Shown here: one piece after another, positions 48,400 to 61,039 of the stretch | Layout: each line of letters begins with the position of its first letter | How positions within the stretch are numbered: the stretch's first letter is position 1 | Source of the DNA: Macrostomum lignano | Taxonomy: Eukaryota | Assembly: GCA_002269645.1 (NCBI GenBank) | Contig: NIVC01000901.1 | Span: forward strand, 1-64,000 | Direction of reading: 5' to 3' | Length of the DNA: 64,000 nucleotides | The notes under the pieces: generated by a model | Told to the model about the DNA's origin: nothing | The model's input: only the letters and a program-made list of their open reading frames with translations | Database searches by the model: none | Made by a program: the position numbers and the translations under genes

Positions 48400-49647
48400 A
48401 AGAATGAAGGAATAATGTTGCTACTATCTGGGCCATGGTTGAGGATGATGCCCGAGTGTATACATGCGCAACCTCCAAAATTCAGTCGGCCATGCGACTT
48501 AGTTTTAACAAAATGTGACATAGTTTTTGGCCAAAAATGCGACTTACATGTAAAAAAACCTAGTGTAAATAGTGTAAAGCAAAATTAATGCTACTTTAGG
48601 TAAACGGCAGGAGTAACTATGACTGTCTTATTAAGTCAAAATGCCTCTTGTACTTAGTACCATGTACCATGTACTTAGTATTACTACCTGGGTATTTTTT
48701 GGGTGGGCATTTTTGCGACTTCCTTGGTTGGCTGCCAAATCGGTAGGCCAGATCGGCTGACTCGGCGACTGTTGCGCATGTATGCCTGAGTGACTGTGGC
48801 CCAGATAGAGGCAGAGTTGGGTATTTCATCAGAGCCATCAGGATGATCTTGCATTCACAGTTCAACCTGAGCAAGATTTCTGCATGCTGTGTGCCTCAGC
48901 TGACTCCAGAGCAGAAGGAGGCTCGGGTGACCTGGTGCCGCACCATGCTTGACAGATTCAACAGAAACAGCTCAAACTTGGTCTGGGATATTGTCAGTAG
49001 TGACAAGTCCTGGATCTATAGTTTCGACCCGGTGACTAAGCAGCAGTTGGCCCAGTGGACTCCAGTTGGTGGCACCCCACCATCCCAGCTTCAGCGAAAG
49101 CACAGTGTGGCAAAGCAGATGGTGGCCATTTTTGTGGCAAAAACTGGTCATCTGGCCACGGTTCCACTTGTGCAGCAGCGCACAGTCACCGGTGACTGGT
49201 ACACCAACGTTTGCCTGCCAGAAGTGCTGAGCACTCTCCAAGCGTCGCCCAAGGACTCGAGCTTGGGGCATCCTTCTCCATCACAACAACGCCCCGGCCC
49301 ACAAGGCTCGACAGGTGGCGGAGTTCCTGGCCGGAGAGTGCATTCAAGAGCTCGGTCATCCACCCTACAGCCCCAACCTGGCCCCCTGCGACTTTTTTGT
49401 GTTTCCACAAATCAAGCGCAGGATGCGAGGAATCCACTATGGATCACCAGAAGCTGCAGTGGAGGCCTTCATCCAGCATGTGGAGGAGGTGCCTGCTTCA
49501 GATTGGTCCAGCTGCTTTAGCAAGTGGTTTGAGCACATGAAAATTTGCATCAAATCTGCTGGAGAGTACTTTAAAAAGCTGTTACTGCTTTTTTCTCTCT
49601 AACTATTTCTGTCTGGGCACATCCGGAAACTTGTTGCTCAGCCCTCG
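48400..49647 (+). mobile_element. 5'-truncated mariner (DD34D) relic
   Basis: ILHSQFNLSKISACCVPQL, DKSW, LLHHNNAPAH and HPPYSPNLAPCDF; frameshift near 49240; right end ...CAGCCCTCG followed by TA. Left end not found, so the start is approximate. Confidence 0.9.
48459..48784. mobile_element. MITE (326 bp; P-element- or hAT-like) inserted in the mariner ORF
   Basis: TIRs (T/C)ATACATGCGCAAC / GTTGCGCATGTATG, 8-bp TSD CCCGAGTG / CCTGAGTG. Removing it rejoins mariner DARV-TVAQIEAELGIS. Confidence 0.85.
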
Positions 49648-50185
49648 TATTATAGTGCTGTTTGATCTTTCCTCTTGAAAAATCCTACTATTACCATCAA
49701 GGTTGTCATTAGGCTGTTTAAATTCTATTTTGTTAGTTAATGTCTTAGTATATTTATGGTAGCATCTTAGTATTATTCTGGCAGTATCCTAATAGTATCC
49801 AGTCCTTGACATTACCTAATATTTACAATTCTAAGAACTTAATGTAAAAAAAACAATTCTTTTTTCTTATAATTTAGTTACAATTTGTACTAGAATTTTT
49901 AGGTGTATTTAAAATAAAAATAGACATTGAATTCTTTTGCAACCTAAAACAAATATTATTTCTTGTATAAATTTACTTGTGAAATTTCTAATGAAGAGGG
50001 TATGCTTCCATATATAAGCATTAGAAAATATTGGTGAATTTTTTAGACAAGCAAGCCCCCAAATGAATGTGCCATGGGTTCATTTGGTATGAGTTAGACC
50101 CCATTTATCACTGTATAGGCAGCAGAGCTACTGTTAGTAGTGCAATCTCAATAAAATAATTTAACTGGGCAACAAATATTTTCAG

Positions 50186-50958
50186 GCTTCCAAATCTGCT
50201 GGTTTAGCCTGTGAAACCTGCGGCAAATCTTTCAGCTCCAATATGGAGTTGACTCAGCACCGATTGAAGGTGCATTCCACACTGCCGCTTTACACCAAAC
50301 CCGAAGCCACCGCCACCGTGTCGCTGGACACTCCGTCGCCAATGAAGGAGCTTCGGGGTAAAGTTCTGGACACGCCGGTGATTTCTTTATCACCTGTGGT
50401 CACCCTGGACACCGGTTCCATGGGCCTCACCGGCTTATTGAATCTTTCTGCCGTACCATCGAACAGTGGCAACGGCGGGGGCAGCACCAACCCGTTTGAG
50501 GCTTCGTTCAAGCAGTTTAACCTGCAGAAGCACCAGCAGCCGACAGCCTCTTCATCAGCGGCAGCAGCGTCTGCTGCGGCTAACTCCGCCTCCTGGATAG
50601 AGTCTGTTCCCACGCCAGATATCCTCAACGCCAAAATCAGCACCCCGATGATCAAGGAGGTCCTGTCATCGGCTAGTAGAAGTACCCCGTTGGATCTGTC
50701 GCCGACAAAGATGCCAAGATTGGACGTGGCTTCGTCTGGTCCTAGCGAGGTGCCCGGACTGCAGCTGCTGGCCAACACCATCACCTCCAGTTCCGTTGCA
50801 GCCACCGCCGCCTCAGCTTCTGCGGCTGCATCTTCATCAACTGTGCTCAGACCGACTGTTGCTACCCAGCAACCGGCCGCCTCAAGCAGAGCTCTTCGCG
50901 GTTCTTTAGTAGATATTAAATCTGGAGCTAATTATATTGCTCAGCAGAAATTGCTATT

Positions 50959-50989
<31 letters not shown>

Positions 50990-51109
50990 CAGCAACTTCT
51001 ACAGCAGCAGCAGCAACCGCAGCAAATTGAACAGCAACAAAAGCCGGGTCCCTCCGAGATGTTGCAAAGTCAAGCACTTCAGTACCAACTGCAGCAGCAG
51101 ATTCTTCAA
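50186..51109 (+). CDS. ATF2: ATF2/ATF7/CREB5-family bZIP factor, exon with C2H2 finger and activation region
   Basis: Acceptor attttcag|50186, donor 51109|gtgagt. CETCGKSFSSNMELTQHRLKVH is a C2H2 finger; NPFEASFK resembles ATF2 SPFENEFK. Paralog assignment is uncertain. Confidence 0.8.
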
Positions 51110-51119
51110 GTGAGTTCAC

Positions 51120-51594
51120 CTCAGATCTGACTCAGATTGATGCTCACCCTACTCAGATCTGACTCAGATTGATGCTCACCCTACTCAGATCTGACTCAGA
51201 TTGATGCTCACCCTACTCAGATCTGACTCAGATTGATGCTCACCCTACTCAGATCTGACTCAGATTGATGCTCACCCTACTCAGATCTGACTCAGATTGA
51301 TGCTCACCCTACTCAGATCTGACTCTGATTGATGCTCACCCTACTCAGATCTGACTCTGATTGATGCTCACCCTACTCAGATATGATTCAGATTGATGCT
51401 CACCCTACTCAGATTGGATGCTCACCCTACTCAGATCTGACTCAGATTGATGCTCACCCTACTCAGATCTGACTCAGATTGATGCTCACCCTACTCAGAT
51501 CTGACTCAGATTGATGCTCACCCTACTCAGATCTGGCTCTGATTGATGCTCACCCTACTCAGATCTGACTCAGATTGATGCTCACCCTACTCAG
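51120..51594. repeat. 32-bp minisatellite in an ATF2-like intron
   Basis: CTCAGATCTGACTCAGATTGATGCTCACCCTA, about 15 copies. Confidence 0.95.
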
Positions 51595-51628
51595 ATCATA
51601 TCAGACTCCTCGTATCCCAAACACCCAG

Positions 51629-52282
51629 GTGCAGCAGATGGCCAACCAGGCTCAGCAGTCATTCCTGGTCACCCTTCCTGGCGGCAAGAGCTTCCTGGTA
51701 CAACCCAACTCAACATCCTCAACCAGTACGACCGCATCTGCTACTTCGTCTGTGACATCAGCAGCTGCTGCAGCGGCAAACAGCAACTTGCTGACCCAGC
51801 TAGCAGCCAGTTCCGCTCTTACCGCTGCTGCGTCAGCTTCGACATCATCTCAGCAGCAGCAGCAGCAGCATCAGGTGAAACAGGAACCAGGCAAAGCTGA
51901 GGTGATGGAGAATCTGCGGAAAAAAGTGATGAGCAATTTGCCAGCAGACGAGATTGATCGAATGCGTGGCGGTCTCGCCGCCGCCGCCGCCGCCCCAGCC
52001 TCCGGTGTCGGGCACGTCAGCATGAAGCGGCCAGCCGAGTCAACCACTTCGTCTCTGTCTGACACCGGAGGAGGCAGCAGTATCGGTGGCGGCGGCGGCG
52101 GAGTCAGCGGGTCCAACGACGAACGACGCAAACTTCTGCTGGAGAGGAACCGGGCGGCTGCGGCGAGGTGCCGGGAGAAGCGAAAGAAGCACATCGAAGA
52201 GCTGGAGGCTCGCAACCAGGAGCTGGAGAATGACAAGCGGCGGCTGGCTGAGGAGCTGAGGCGGGTTCGAAATGAGAGCCAG
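51629..52282 (+). CDS. ATF2: ATF2-family factor, exon with basic region and leucine zipper
   Basis: DERRKLLLERNRAAAARCREKRKK resembles ATF2 DEKRRKFLERNRAAASRCRQKRK; donor 52282|gtgagt. The acceptor may be at 51629 or at the in-frame alternative 51605. Confidence 0.85.
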
Positions 52283-52289
52283 GTGAGTT

Positions 52290-53045
52290 AGCTGCCAGAT
52301 CCTTGGTTCCTTTAGCTGCCAGATCCTTGGTTCCTTTAGCTGCCAGATCCTTGATTCCTTTAGCTGCCAGATCCTTGATTCCTTTAGCTGCCAGATCCTT
52401 GGTTCCTTTAGCTGCCAGATCCTTGGTTCCTTTAGCTGCCAGATCCTTGATTCCTTTAGCTGCCAGATCCTTGATTCCTTTAGCTGCCAGATCCTTGGTT
52501 CCTTTAGCTGCCAGATCCTTGGTTCCTTTAGCTACCAGATCCTTGATTCCTTTAGCTGCCAGATCCTTGGTTCCTTTAGCTGCCAGATCCTTGGTTCCTT
52601 TAGCTGCCAGATCCTTGATTCCTTTAGCTACCAGATCCTTGGTTCCTTTAGCTGCCAGATCCTTGATTCCTTTAGCTGCCAGATCCTTGGTTCCTTTAGC
52701 TGCCAGATCCTTGGTTCCTTTAGCTGCCAGATCCTTGATTCCTTTAGCTGCCAGATCCTTGGTTCCTTTAGCTGCCAGATCCTTGGTTCCTTTAGCTGCC
52801 AGATCCTTGATTCCTTTAGCTGCCAGATCCTTGGTTCCTTTAGCTACCAGATCCTTGATTCCTTTAGCTGCCAGATCCTTGATTCCTTTAGCTACCAGAT
52901 CCTTGATTCCTTTAGCTGCCAGATCCTTGATTCCTTTAGCTACCAGATCCTTGATTCCTTTAGCTGCCAGATCCTTGATTCCTTTAGCTGCCAGATCCTT
53001 GATTCCTTTAGCTGCCAGATCCTTGATTCCTTTAGCTACCAGATC
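52290..53045. repeat. 24-bp minisatellite in the last ATF2-like intron
   Basis: GCTGCCAGATCCTTGRTTCCTTTA, about 31 copies without indels. Confidence 0.95.
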
Positions 53046-53066
53046 CCTGAACCATGCCACCGGCAG

Positions 53067-53360
53067 GCACTCCGTCAGGCGCTCCTGCAGCACAGATCGT
53101 GCAGCCAGCAGCCCGGGGTGGAGGCCCTGCTAGCAGCGGCCGCTGCAGCAGCCTCCACCGCTTCTGGTGGCAGCAATGTGCTGCCTAGCGTGTCAACCGC
53201 GCCAACCTCCATAGTGCTCAACACAGGAGGAGTCGGCGGCCACGGCATCTCCCTGATGGACGTCCAACCGTTTCACGGATCCGCCAACGTTGCCGGCCAC
53301 TTCGTTCTGTCCAACGCCGGACACCCAGTTGATGAGGATGATGATGTCCTGTCTGAGTGA
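53067..53360 (+). CDS. ATF2: ATF2-family factor, last exon
   Basis: Acceptor cggcag|53067 gives RNESQ|ALRQALLQHRSC, register-identical to ATF2 RNEVAQLKQLLLAHKDC; stop TGA at 53358-53360. Confidence 0.82.
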   Translation, partial: ALRQALLQHRSCSQQPGVEALLAAAAAAASTASGGSNVLPSVSTAPTSIVLNTGGVGGHGISLMDVQPFHGSANVAGHFVLSNAGHPVDEDDDVLSE

Positions 53361-53404
53361 TTTATTGGACTAGTTGGCTGTTGCAGGGACTGATGGAGGA
53401 CGAC

Positions 53405-53640
53405 CCCAGATCCTCAATTGCTGGGCCAGCCTCCCAGATCTTCAGTTGCTGCTCCAGCCTCCCAAATCCTCAGTTGCTGGGCCAGCCTCCCAGATCCTCA
53501 GTTGCTGGGCCAGCCTCCCAAATCCTCAGTTGCTGGGCCAGCCTCCCAGATCCTCAGTTGCTGGGCCAGCCTCCCAGATCCTCAGTTGCTGGTCCAGCCT
53601 CCCAGATCCTCAGTTGCTGGGCCAGCCTCCCAGATCCTCA
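53405..53640. repeat. 28-bp tandem repeat just downstream of the ATF2-like stop
   Basis: CCCAGATCCTCAGTTGCTGGGCCAGCCT, about 8 copies. Confidence 0.93.
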
Positions 53641-54914
53641 GTGTGTTTCCTGCCATGCAATTGGCGCCACTCACGCAGCAGACATTTTACTCAATTTGCT
53701 TTTTCTCATCCATTATATTGAGATATAAATGCTTACTACAAGTGTATAGAAATGCTGGCCATAAAGTTTTATTGCTGTTTTGTGCCATCTTTTAAAATAT
53801 CTTTGCCTAAAAACACAGTTAGTTAGTTGTAACACAGAGCGACCTCATATGCTATTGGAACAGTTATATCGCATATTTCGATGGCATTAAAATTGAAGCT
53901 TGTTAAAGTCTAGCAATTAATTAATTGTCAATGGTTGCTACTTAGATGAGATGAGTAATAAACTATGATGAAATTATGCTTAACGCAGCCTATTGTGATA
54001 TTTTGCTTGTTAATATCTGCGTCATTAAAACTGTGTCATGTTTAATTGATATGCCTCTGGCTAATCCAGCTACATCTTGTGTATGTGTTTGTTTTTTACT
54101 GTTTTTCTTTGCTTTTAATTTCCTTTCGTATGTGTTTTTTTATTTGTGCCTACTACTGTTTAGTAAGGGTATTGGCTAACTGTTTCATTTCGTCATATCC
54201 TGCCCTGTTGAAATGCTGCCCTGCTAACTGATACAATATAATTTTGCAGTAAAACGCTAGTCATATTACTCATACTAGTAGTGTTTAAAAGTAATATTAT
54301 TAAATGTTTGCTGTATGCAGTCGGGGTTGAACTAATAAAATTTTGTATTATTCTATAATTTTAATACATGATTTATTATTTATTTCAGACCTAAAATCAA
54401 TATAAAATCCTCATTTAGTTTATTGCCAATTTTATGAGGTCTATATTGTAACATTTATCTTCAATAATTATATTATTAGAAGTTGAAAATATTCAGAATT
54501 TATTTGTTTCTACTATAAATATTTAATTAAAAAAACTTGTGTCATTTTCGGGATCAAACTCTGTTACATGAGTTCAATATCGTTATTCATGTGCAGTGTT
54601 TTTTACTAATGTAAACTTATGTAATGTGTAATATGTAATGTAAAGTGTGTGTCTTCATTGTGGTTTTAATTATAAGCGTACACTAATATTATATATGAAA
54701 TATCAAGCTTCATACATTATTTTGTAAATATAATCTTACTTTGTAAGAATTTATGCCATTTTTATAGTGTGTTTCTGTGTATAGCAAGTTTCACATTTAG
54801 AAAGTTTATTACTGACAGCAAATCGTTAAAGTTTTGTCTCACCCGCTTTTGGATTTTGCAGTTCATTTTTTATAAATTGTGCATTTATTATCTAGTTGAT
54901 TCTTTCTGCTGATC

Positions 54915-55276
54915 ATTGATTGTTGATTGATTGATTTATTGATTTAGCAAATTATTGATTCATCAAACAAATGATCAATTGATTGGTGAAACTTTGATTG
55001 ATTTTTTATCAAACTGATGATTGATTGATTGATCAAACTGATGATTGATTGATTGATTGATCACGTTGTCATTGATTGATCAAACTGATATTGATTGACT
55101 GACTGATTGATTAAGCAAATTGTTGGTTGATTGATTGATTGATTGAGCAAATTGTTGATTGATTGATTGATTAATTGATTGATTGAGCAAATTGTTGGTT
55201 GATTGATTGAGAAAATTGTTCATTGATTGATTGATTGATCAAACTGATGATTGATTGATTGATTGATCATGCTGTC

Positions 55277-55321
<45 letters not shown>

Positions 55322-55478
55322 GCAAATTGTTGGTTGATTGATTGAGAAAATTGTTCATTGATTGATTGATTGATCAAACTGATAATTGATTTATTGATTG
55401 ATCATGCTGTCATTGATTGATTGATTGCTCAAGCTGATGATTAATTGATTGATTACGTTATGATTGATTAATTGATCA
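54915..55478. repeat. Compound (GATT)n microsatellite
   Basis: GATT runs with interspersed recurrent spacers. Confidence 0.93.
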
Positions 55479-56374
55479 GATTTAGGGGCGTCGTCATGGA
55501 TTTTGTGATTGGTGGACAAAGCCAACAATTCAACATGTATACACGACTAATTTCCTACATGTCCATTATTTTGAGAATTGCTGTAGTCGGCGCTATTTTT
55601 GGCACCCTAAAGAAACATTATTGATTTTCAGAACACCGCTCACAAGGTGGTTTGGGGGACAAAGCAGGAGTTTATACCTTTGGTGATTAATAAACTCATT
55701 AATCAATTGGGATTTCATGTTTAAAATCTAATTACAAGCAAAATAATATTTAACAAAATTAAAAGAGACCAAATACAAACAGGCTACATTTGAATCGTTA
55801 ATAATAGTTATTATTAATCAATTATAGTTTCCTTCACAGATGCAAATTGATGTGATATTAAATTTACAGAACAAACAAGTTAAAATAATACTTAATATTC
55901 AATGACTGCTAAATTTGTTCTAATGTTAATTTTAGGCTCTGGAAAATTCAGATCTGCCAAACTCTCGTCTCCATGGTAACTGTAATAAATGCTTAAATTA
56001 ATTTTGACTTGGGTTTCAAAATGACCGAATAGCTTATGCAAAAGTTACGATTAATGTTTAATACTTTTTGACTACTGACAGTAGCATGATGCAACTTTAC
56101 GATTCATAAATTTTATTCGCATTAGCTCAAAAGCAGACACTGAATTGAATGAATTCATGGCTTAATGTGCATTTAATAATTAAAGGGTAATTCAATGTCA
56201 ATATGTGTACGGCCTAAATGCAATGCAATTCCATCTGGTACACGGGACAGCTTAATTAATGATTTGCATGGTGTCTCACAGCGTTTAGCTAAATACACAT
56301 TTATATTTCGAGTCTTCGGTGTTTAAATACGTGCAATTGGCTCTGAATTTGAACGTCTGTTATAGTCAAAGTTG

Positions 56375-56550
56375 CGCTAATTTGAATGTTTTTAACAGTG
56401 GCGCCAATTTGAACGTCTTTAAAAGTGGCGCCAATTTGAATGTCTTTAAAAGTGGCGCCAATTTGAAGGTCTTTAAAAGTGGCGCTAATTTGAATGTCTT
56501 TAAAATGGTGCCAATTTGAATGTCTTTAAAAGTGGCGCCAATTTGAATGT
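56375..56550. repeat. 27-bp tandem repeat
   Basis: AAAAGTGGCGCCAATTTGAATGTCTTT, about 6 copies. Confidence 0.9.
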
Positions 56551-56682
56551 CTATGATTAGCTCAATTAAGACACCTGTCACATGTTTCAAATGAAGTAAA
56601 AAAATTGTCTATAAAATTGCACACAAAAATTCCCTAAATTATAAAAAAGACGTCAAATCATAAAACAGATTACAGAAAGCTG

Positions 56683-57467
56683 TCAGATGGACGCGCGCTT
56701 TGACATGCAGCTGACAATAGAGGCTGGGTGAGCTACCGCGGAGTGCTGAGATCGCTGAGCAGGCTGATGCGGCTGGCAGGGCAGCTGAGTCAGTACGGTG
56801 TTGTTGCTTCTACGAAAAGACGAATGCTGAGGAAAGAGCAAGTGCTGGATTTTGCCCGGTGCCCTGGCGATGGTGTAGTGCTGGTGCGGCTGCTGCAATT
56901 TTGATGAAGCCGAGTGCCCTGCAGCAGCGCCAGCTCCAAACAGGCCTCGTCCGGAGGACAACAGCTTTTTGCTTCTGCCTCGATGATGCCTTCTAGAAGC
57001 AGCAGACCGGCTGCCAAACCCGAAACAGCAGCCGCCTAGGAGTCTGTGACAGCAGCTTCGTCTGACACTACTGTGGTAAGTAGTCGCTACAGCCGTGGGA
57101 TCTCTGAACGCCGCTCCGATGGTGTCGGTTTCAGCTTCCTCATCGACAAAGCCAGCTTCATCTTGATCTGGATAATGTTCCTGCTGTTGCTGCTGCTGCT
57201 GCTGCTGTTGCTGGGATAAAAGCAGCGACCCGTTCACCGTGATGACGTCACCCTCGAGTCGAATGGCCTCTCTGGCCGCCGCCGCCTGCTCGAGCTCCTC
57301 CCGCCTCACGTCCTCCGTGTTCATGGTGAGGAAGCGCAGCACCAGGAGGTTCATGGCCGAGCTGACCACAGTCAACCCGGCCATGATGAACAGCAGGGAG
57401 AACAGCACGTAGTCCGGGTCAGTCTTGATCGGGTCGCTCTTTTGCATGGCAACCATGTCGCCAAAGC
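56683..57467 (-). CDS. KCNK9: TASK-type K2P channel, last exon (GFG, TM4, long C-terminal tail)
   Basis: ctctcag|(G)FGDMVAMQK...LTVVSSAMNLLVLRFLTMNTEDVRRE resembles TASK GFGDYVALQK...LNLVVLRFMTMNAEDEKRD; stop at 56683-56685. Confidence 0.92.
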
Positions 57468-57579
57468 CTGAGAGCAGGGCAGGGTATCCATCGTTTCTTA
57501 TAATTCAGTAGGCAAACATTTGTGTGTGAACAGATTGGCAGATTGTGTGAATTTAACATGAATGATTAGGTAAATAGCG

Positions 57580-58240
57580 TGAATGACTGTGTGAACAGCG
57601 TTGTATTAATATAACTGTGTGAACAGCGTGAATGATTGTGTGAGTGGTCTGAATGATTGTGAGTAGTCTGAATGATTGTGTGAGTGGTCTGAATGATTGT
57701 GTGAGTAGTCTGAATGATTGTGTAAGTAGTCTGAATGATTGTGTGAGTAGTGTGAATGATTTGTGAAAAAGCGTGTATGATTGTGTGAACAGCGTGACTG
57801 ACTGTGTGAGTAGTGTGAATGATTATGTAAACAGCGTGAATGATTGTGTGAGTAGTCTGAATGATTGTGTGAGTAGTGTGAATGATTGTGTGAGTAATGT
57901 GAATGATTGTGTGAGCAGTGTGAATGATTGTGTGAGTAGTCTGAATGATTGTGTGAGTAGTGTGAATGACTGTGTGAACAGCGTGAACGATTGTGTGAGT
58001 AGTCTGAATGATTGTGTGAGTAGTGTGAATGATTGTGTGAGTAGTCTGAATGATTGCGTGAGTAGTCTGAATGATTGTGTGAGTAGTGTGAATGATTGCG
58101 TGAGTAGTCTGAATGATTGTGTGAGTAGTGTGAATGATTGTGTGAGCAAAGTGAATGATTGTGTGAGTAGTCTGAATGATTGTGTGAGTAGTGTGAATGA
58201 TTGTGTGAGTAGTGTGAATGATTGTGTGAACAGCATGAAC
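57580..58240. repeat. 21-bp minisatellite in a K2P intron
   Basis: GTGAATGATTGTGTGAGTAGT variants. Confidence 0.93.
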
Positions 58241-58382
58241 AGTTTTATATACAGTATATCATCAGTTCAAACTGAAATTTGACACAGTTAAAGCAGCTGC
58301 AAATAAGTGAACTCTAAAAACCTACACGTGAAATTGAAGACTAGAATGAATTTTGAACAAAAACAAAAGTGAGCAGCCTCAC

Positions 58383-58605
58383 CAACAGTAGTCAGCGTGA
58401 TGAAGCAGTAATACACAGAGTCCAGGTAGCTCCATTTTTCATAGTGGCTGAACAGCGCTGCGCCTGCGGCGAGCACCAGGGTGCAAATGTTCATGGACAC
58501 CACGATGAGGTTCATCTGCGACACTTCGCCATTTTTGCAGCGAAACAGGTGCTTTAAACTTCTCAGCAGGAAGGTGATCAGGGCGTTGAGTCGCTCACCG
58601 ATTGA
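58383..58605 (-). CDS. KCNK9: TASK-type K2P channel, exon with TM3 and second pore helix
   Basis: ccgcag|SIGERLN...FSHYEKWSYLDSVYYCFITLTTV(G)|gtgagg; splice phases are consistent with both flanking exons. Confidence 0.92.
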
Positions 58606-58649
58606 CTGCGGAAATGTGAGAGTTTGAGTTGAGTTGAATTACGAAATCA

Positions 58650-60372
58650 GTGGCGCCACAATTATTCTGCACGATTTATCAATGGCGCCACAAAGAATCT
58701 GCACGATTTATCAATGGCGCCACAATTATTCTGCACGATTTATCAATGGCGCCACAATTTAGCAATGGCTCCACAATTAATATACACAATTTATCAATGG
58801 CGCCACAATTAATCTGCACGATTTATCAATGGCGCCACAATTAAAATCCACACGATTAATCAATGGCGCCACAATTAATCTCCACGATTTATCAATGGCG
58901 CCACAATTAAAATCCACACGATTAATCAATGGCGCCACAATTAAAATCTACACGAGTTATCAATAGCGCCACAAATTATCAATGGCGCCACAATTAAAAT
59001 CTACACGATTTATCAATGGCGCCACAATTAAAATCTACACGATTTATCAATGGCACCACAATTAATCTACACGAGTTATCAATAGCGCCACAAATTATCA
59101 ATGGCGCCACAATTAAAATCTACACGATTTATCAATGGCGCCACAATTAAAATCTACACGATTTTTCAATGGCACCACAATTAATCTACACGAGTTATCA
59201 ATGGCGCCACAATTAAAATCTACACGATTTATCAATGGCGCCACAATTAAAATCTGCACGATTTATCAATGGCGCCACAATTAATCTCCACGATTTATCA
59301 ATGGCGCCACAATTAAAATCCACACGAGTTATCAATAGCGCCACAAATTATCAATGGCGCCACAATTAAAATCTACACGATTTTTCAATGGCGCCACAAT
59401 TAAAATCTACACAATTTATTAATGGCGCCACAATTTATCAATGGCGCCACAATTAAAATCCACGCGATTTATCAATCGCGCCACAATTAAAATCCACGCG
59501 ATTTATTAATGGCGCCACAATTAAAATCCACGCGATTTATCAATGGCGCCACAATTAAAATCTACACGATTTTTCAATGGCACCACAATTAAAATCTACA
59601 CGATTTTTCAATGGCACCACAATTAATCTACACGAGTTATCAATAGCGCCACAAATTATCAATGGCGCCACAATTAAAATCTACACGATTTATCAATGGC
59701 GCCACAATTAAAATCTACACGATTTTTCAATGGCACCACAATTAAAATCCACGCGATTTATCAATGGCGCCACAATTAAAATCCACACGAGTTATCAATA
59801 GCGCCACAAATTATCAATGGCGCCACAATTAAAATCTACACGATTTTTCAATGGCGCCACAATTAAAATCTACACAATTTATCAATGGCGCCACAATTAA
59901 AATCTACACAATTTATCAATGGCGCCACAATTAAAATCCACGCGATTATCAATCGCGCCACAATTAAAATCCACGCGATTTATTAATGGCGCCACAATTA
60001 AAATCCACGCGATTTATCAATGGCACCACAATTAATCTACACGAGTTATCAATAGCGCCACAAATTATCAATGGCGCCACAATTAAAATCTACACGATTT
60101 ATCAATGGCACCACAATTAATCTACATGATGGCGCCACAATTAATCTGCACGATTTTTCAATGGCGCCACAATTAATCTACACGAGTTATCAATGGCGCC
60201 ACAATTAAAATCCACGCGATTTATCAATAGCGCCACAATTAAAATCTACACAATTTATCAATGGCGCCACAATAAATATCAACACAATTTATCAATGGCG
60301 CCACAATTAAAATCTACACGATTTATCAATGGCGCCACAATTAAAATCTACACGATTTATCAATGGCGCCAC
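58650..60372. repeat. ~31-33-bp minisatellite in a K2P intron
   Basis: ATCAATGGCGCCACAATTAAAATCTACACGATTT variants over 1.7 kb. Confidence 0.95.
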
Positions 60373-61039
60373 CTATACCAATTCGAAATAACAGTACATC
60401 AGAATCCCGCCACAGGCTGGGACACAAAATCCCCATATAGATCCAGTCCTGCTAAGGCTGTTTACTATTCTAAATATAAGCCTTCTGCCCAGCGCATATA
60501 AACGCACCAATATTTGCATACCATTTGCATGGTCATTACATATATGCCGGACGGCGGGGAGAGTTGATAAGACTGCCAGCCAGTTCCGCATCGATATAAA
60601 TAGCATGGATAGACATTGCTCCATCAGATGTGCCATCACACCCAGGAATGAAACCTAATATGATGTATGAACTAAAGTATTATAGAAGTCAACTATAGTA
60701 GAAATCCAACGACTTGTTGTAGGCGAATGCGTTTGCTTGGCTGGGAGCAGGTCGAGGAAACTGAAAAACTGCCTTTTTGTCACTTTTCTGTTCTCGTCTG
60801 TCTCTGTGGGCCCCGCCCCCGTCTCTCTCTCGGGAAATCTTTCACGTTTTACAGGCGCCTAAACGGCTTTGGCTAAAAACATTGCTTTTGCTTCCGCCTG
60901 TGCCACAAAAGCAGCAGGAATTGCTGCGTAGTCTGTTTGCTTTTTCCCTGTCCTGGCTGTAAGTAAGTGTGCCTCTGGTTGGCAATGTTTCAATTTCTGC
61001 TTTTGCTGTTTCTGCCTGCGGTATGCTGCGTTCTTCTGT

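Noticed and set aside
51120-53045. CRISPR-like appearance of the regular 24-37-bp arrays
   Set aside because: Units are head-to-tail with no unique spacers, there are no cas genes and the context is eukaryotic.
52104-53133. 329-aa and 276-aa AAKGIKDL / PLAARSL repeat ORFs
   Set aside because: Products of the 24-bp intronic array in frames not connected to the gene.
55484-55680. AGGGGCGTCG... resembling a hAT MITE left end
   Set aside because: No matching right TIR or TSD found.
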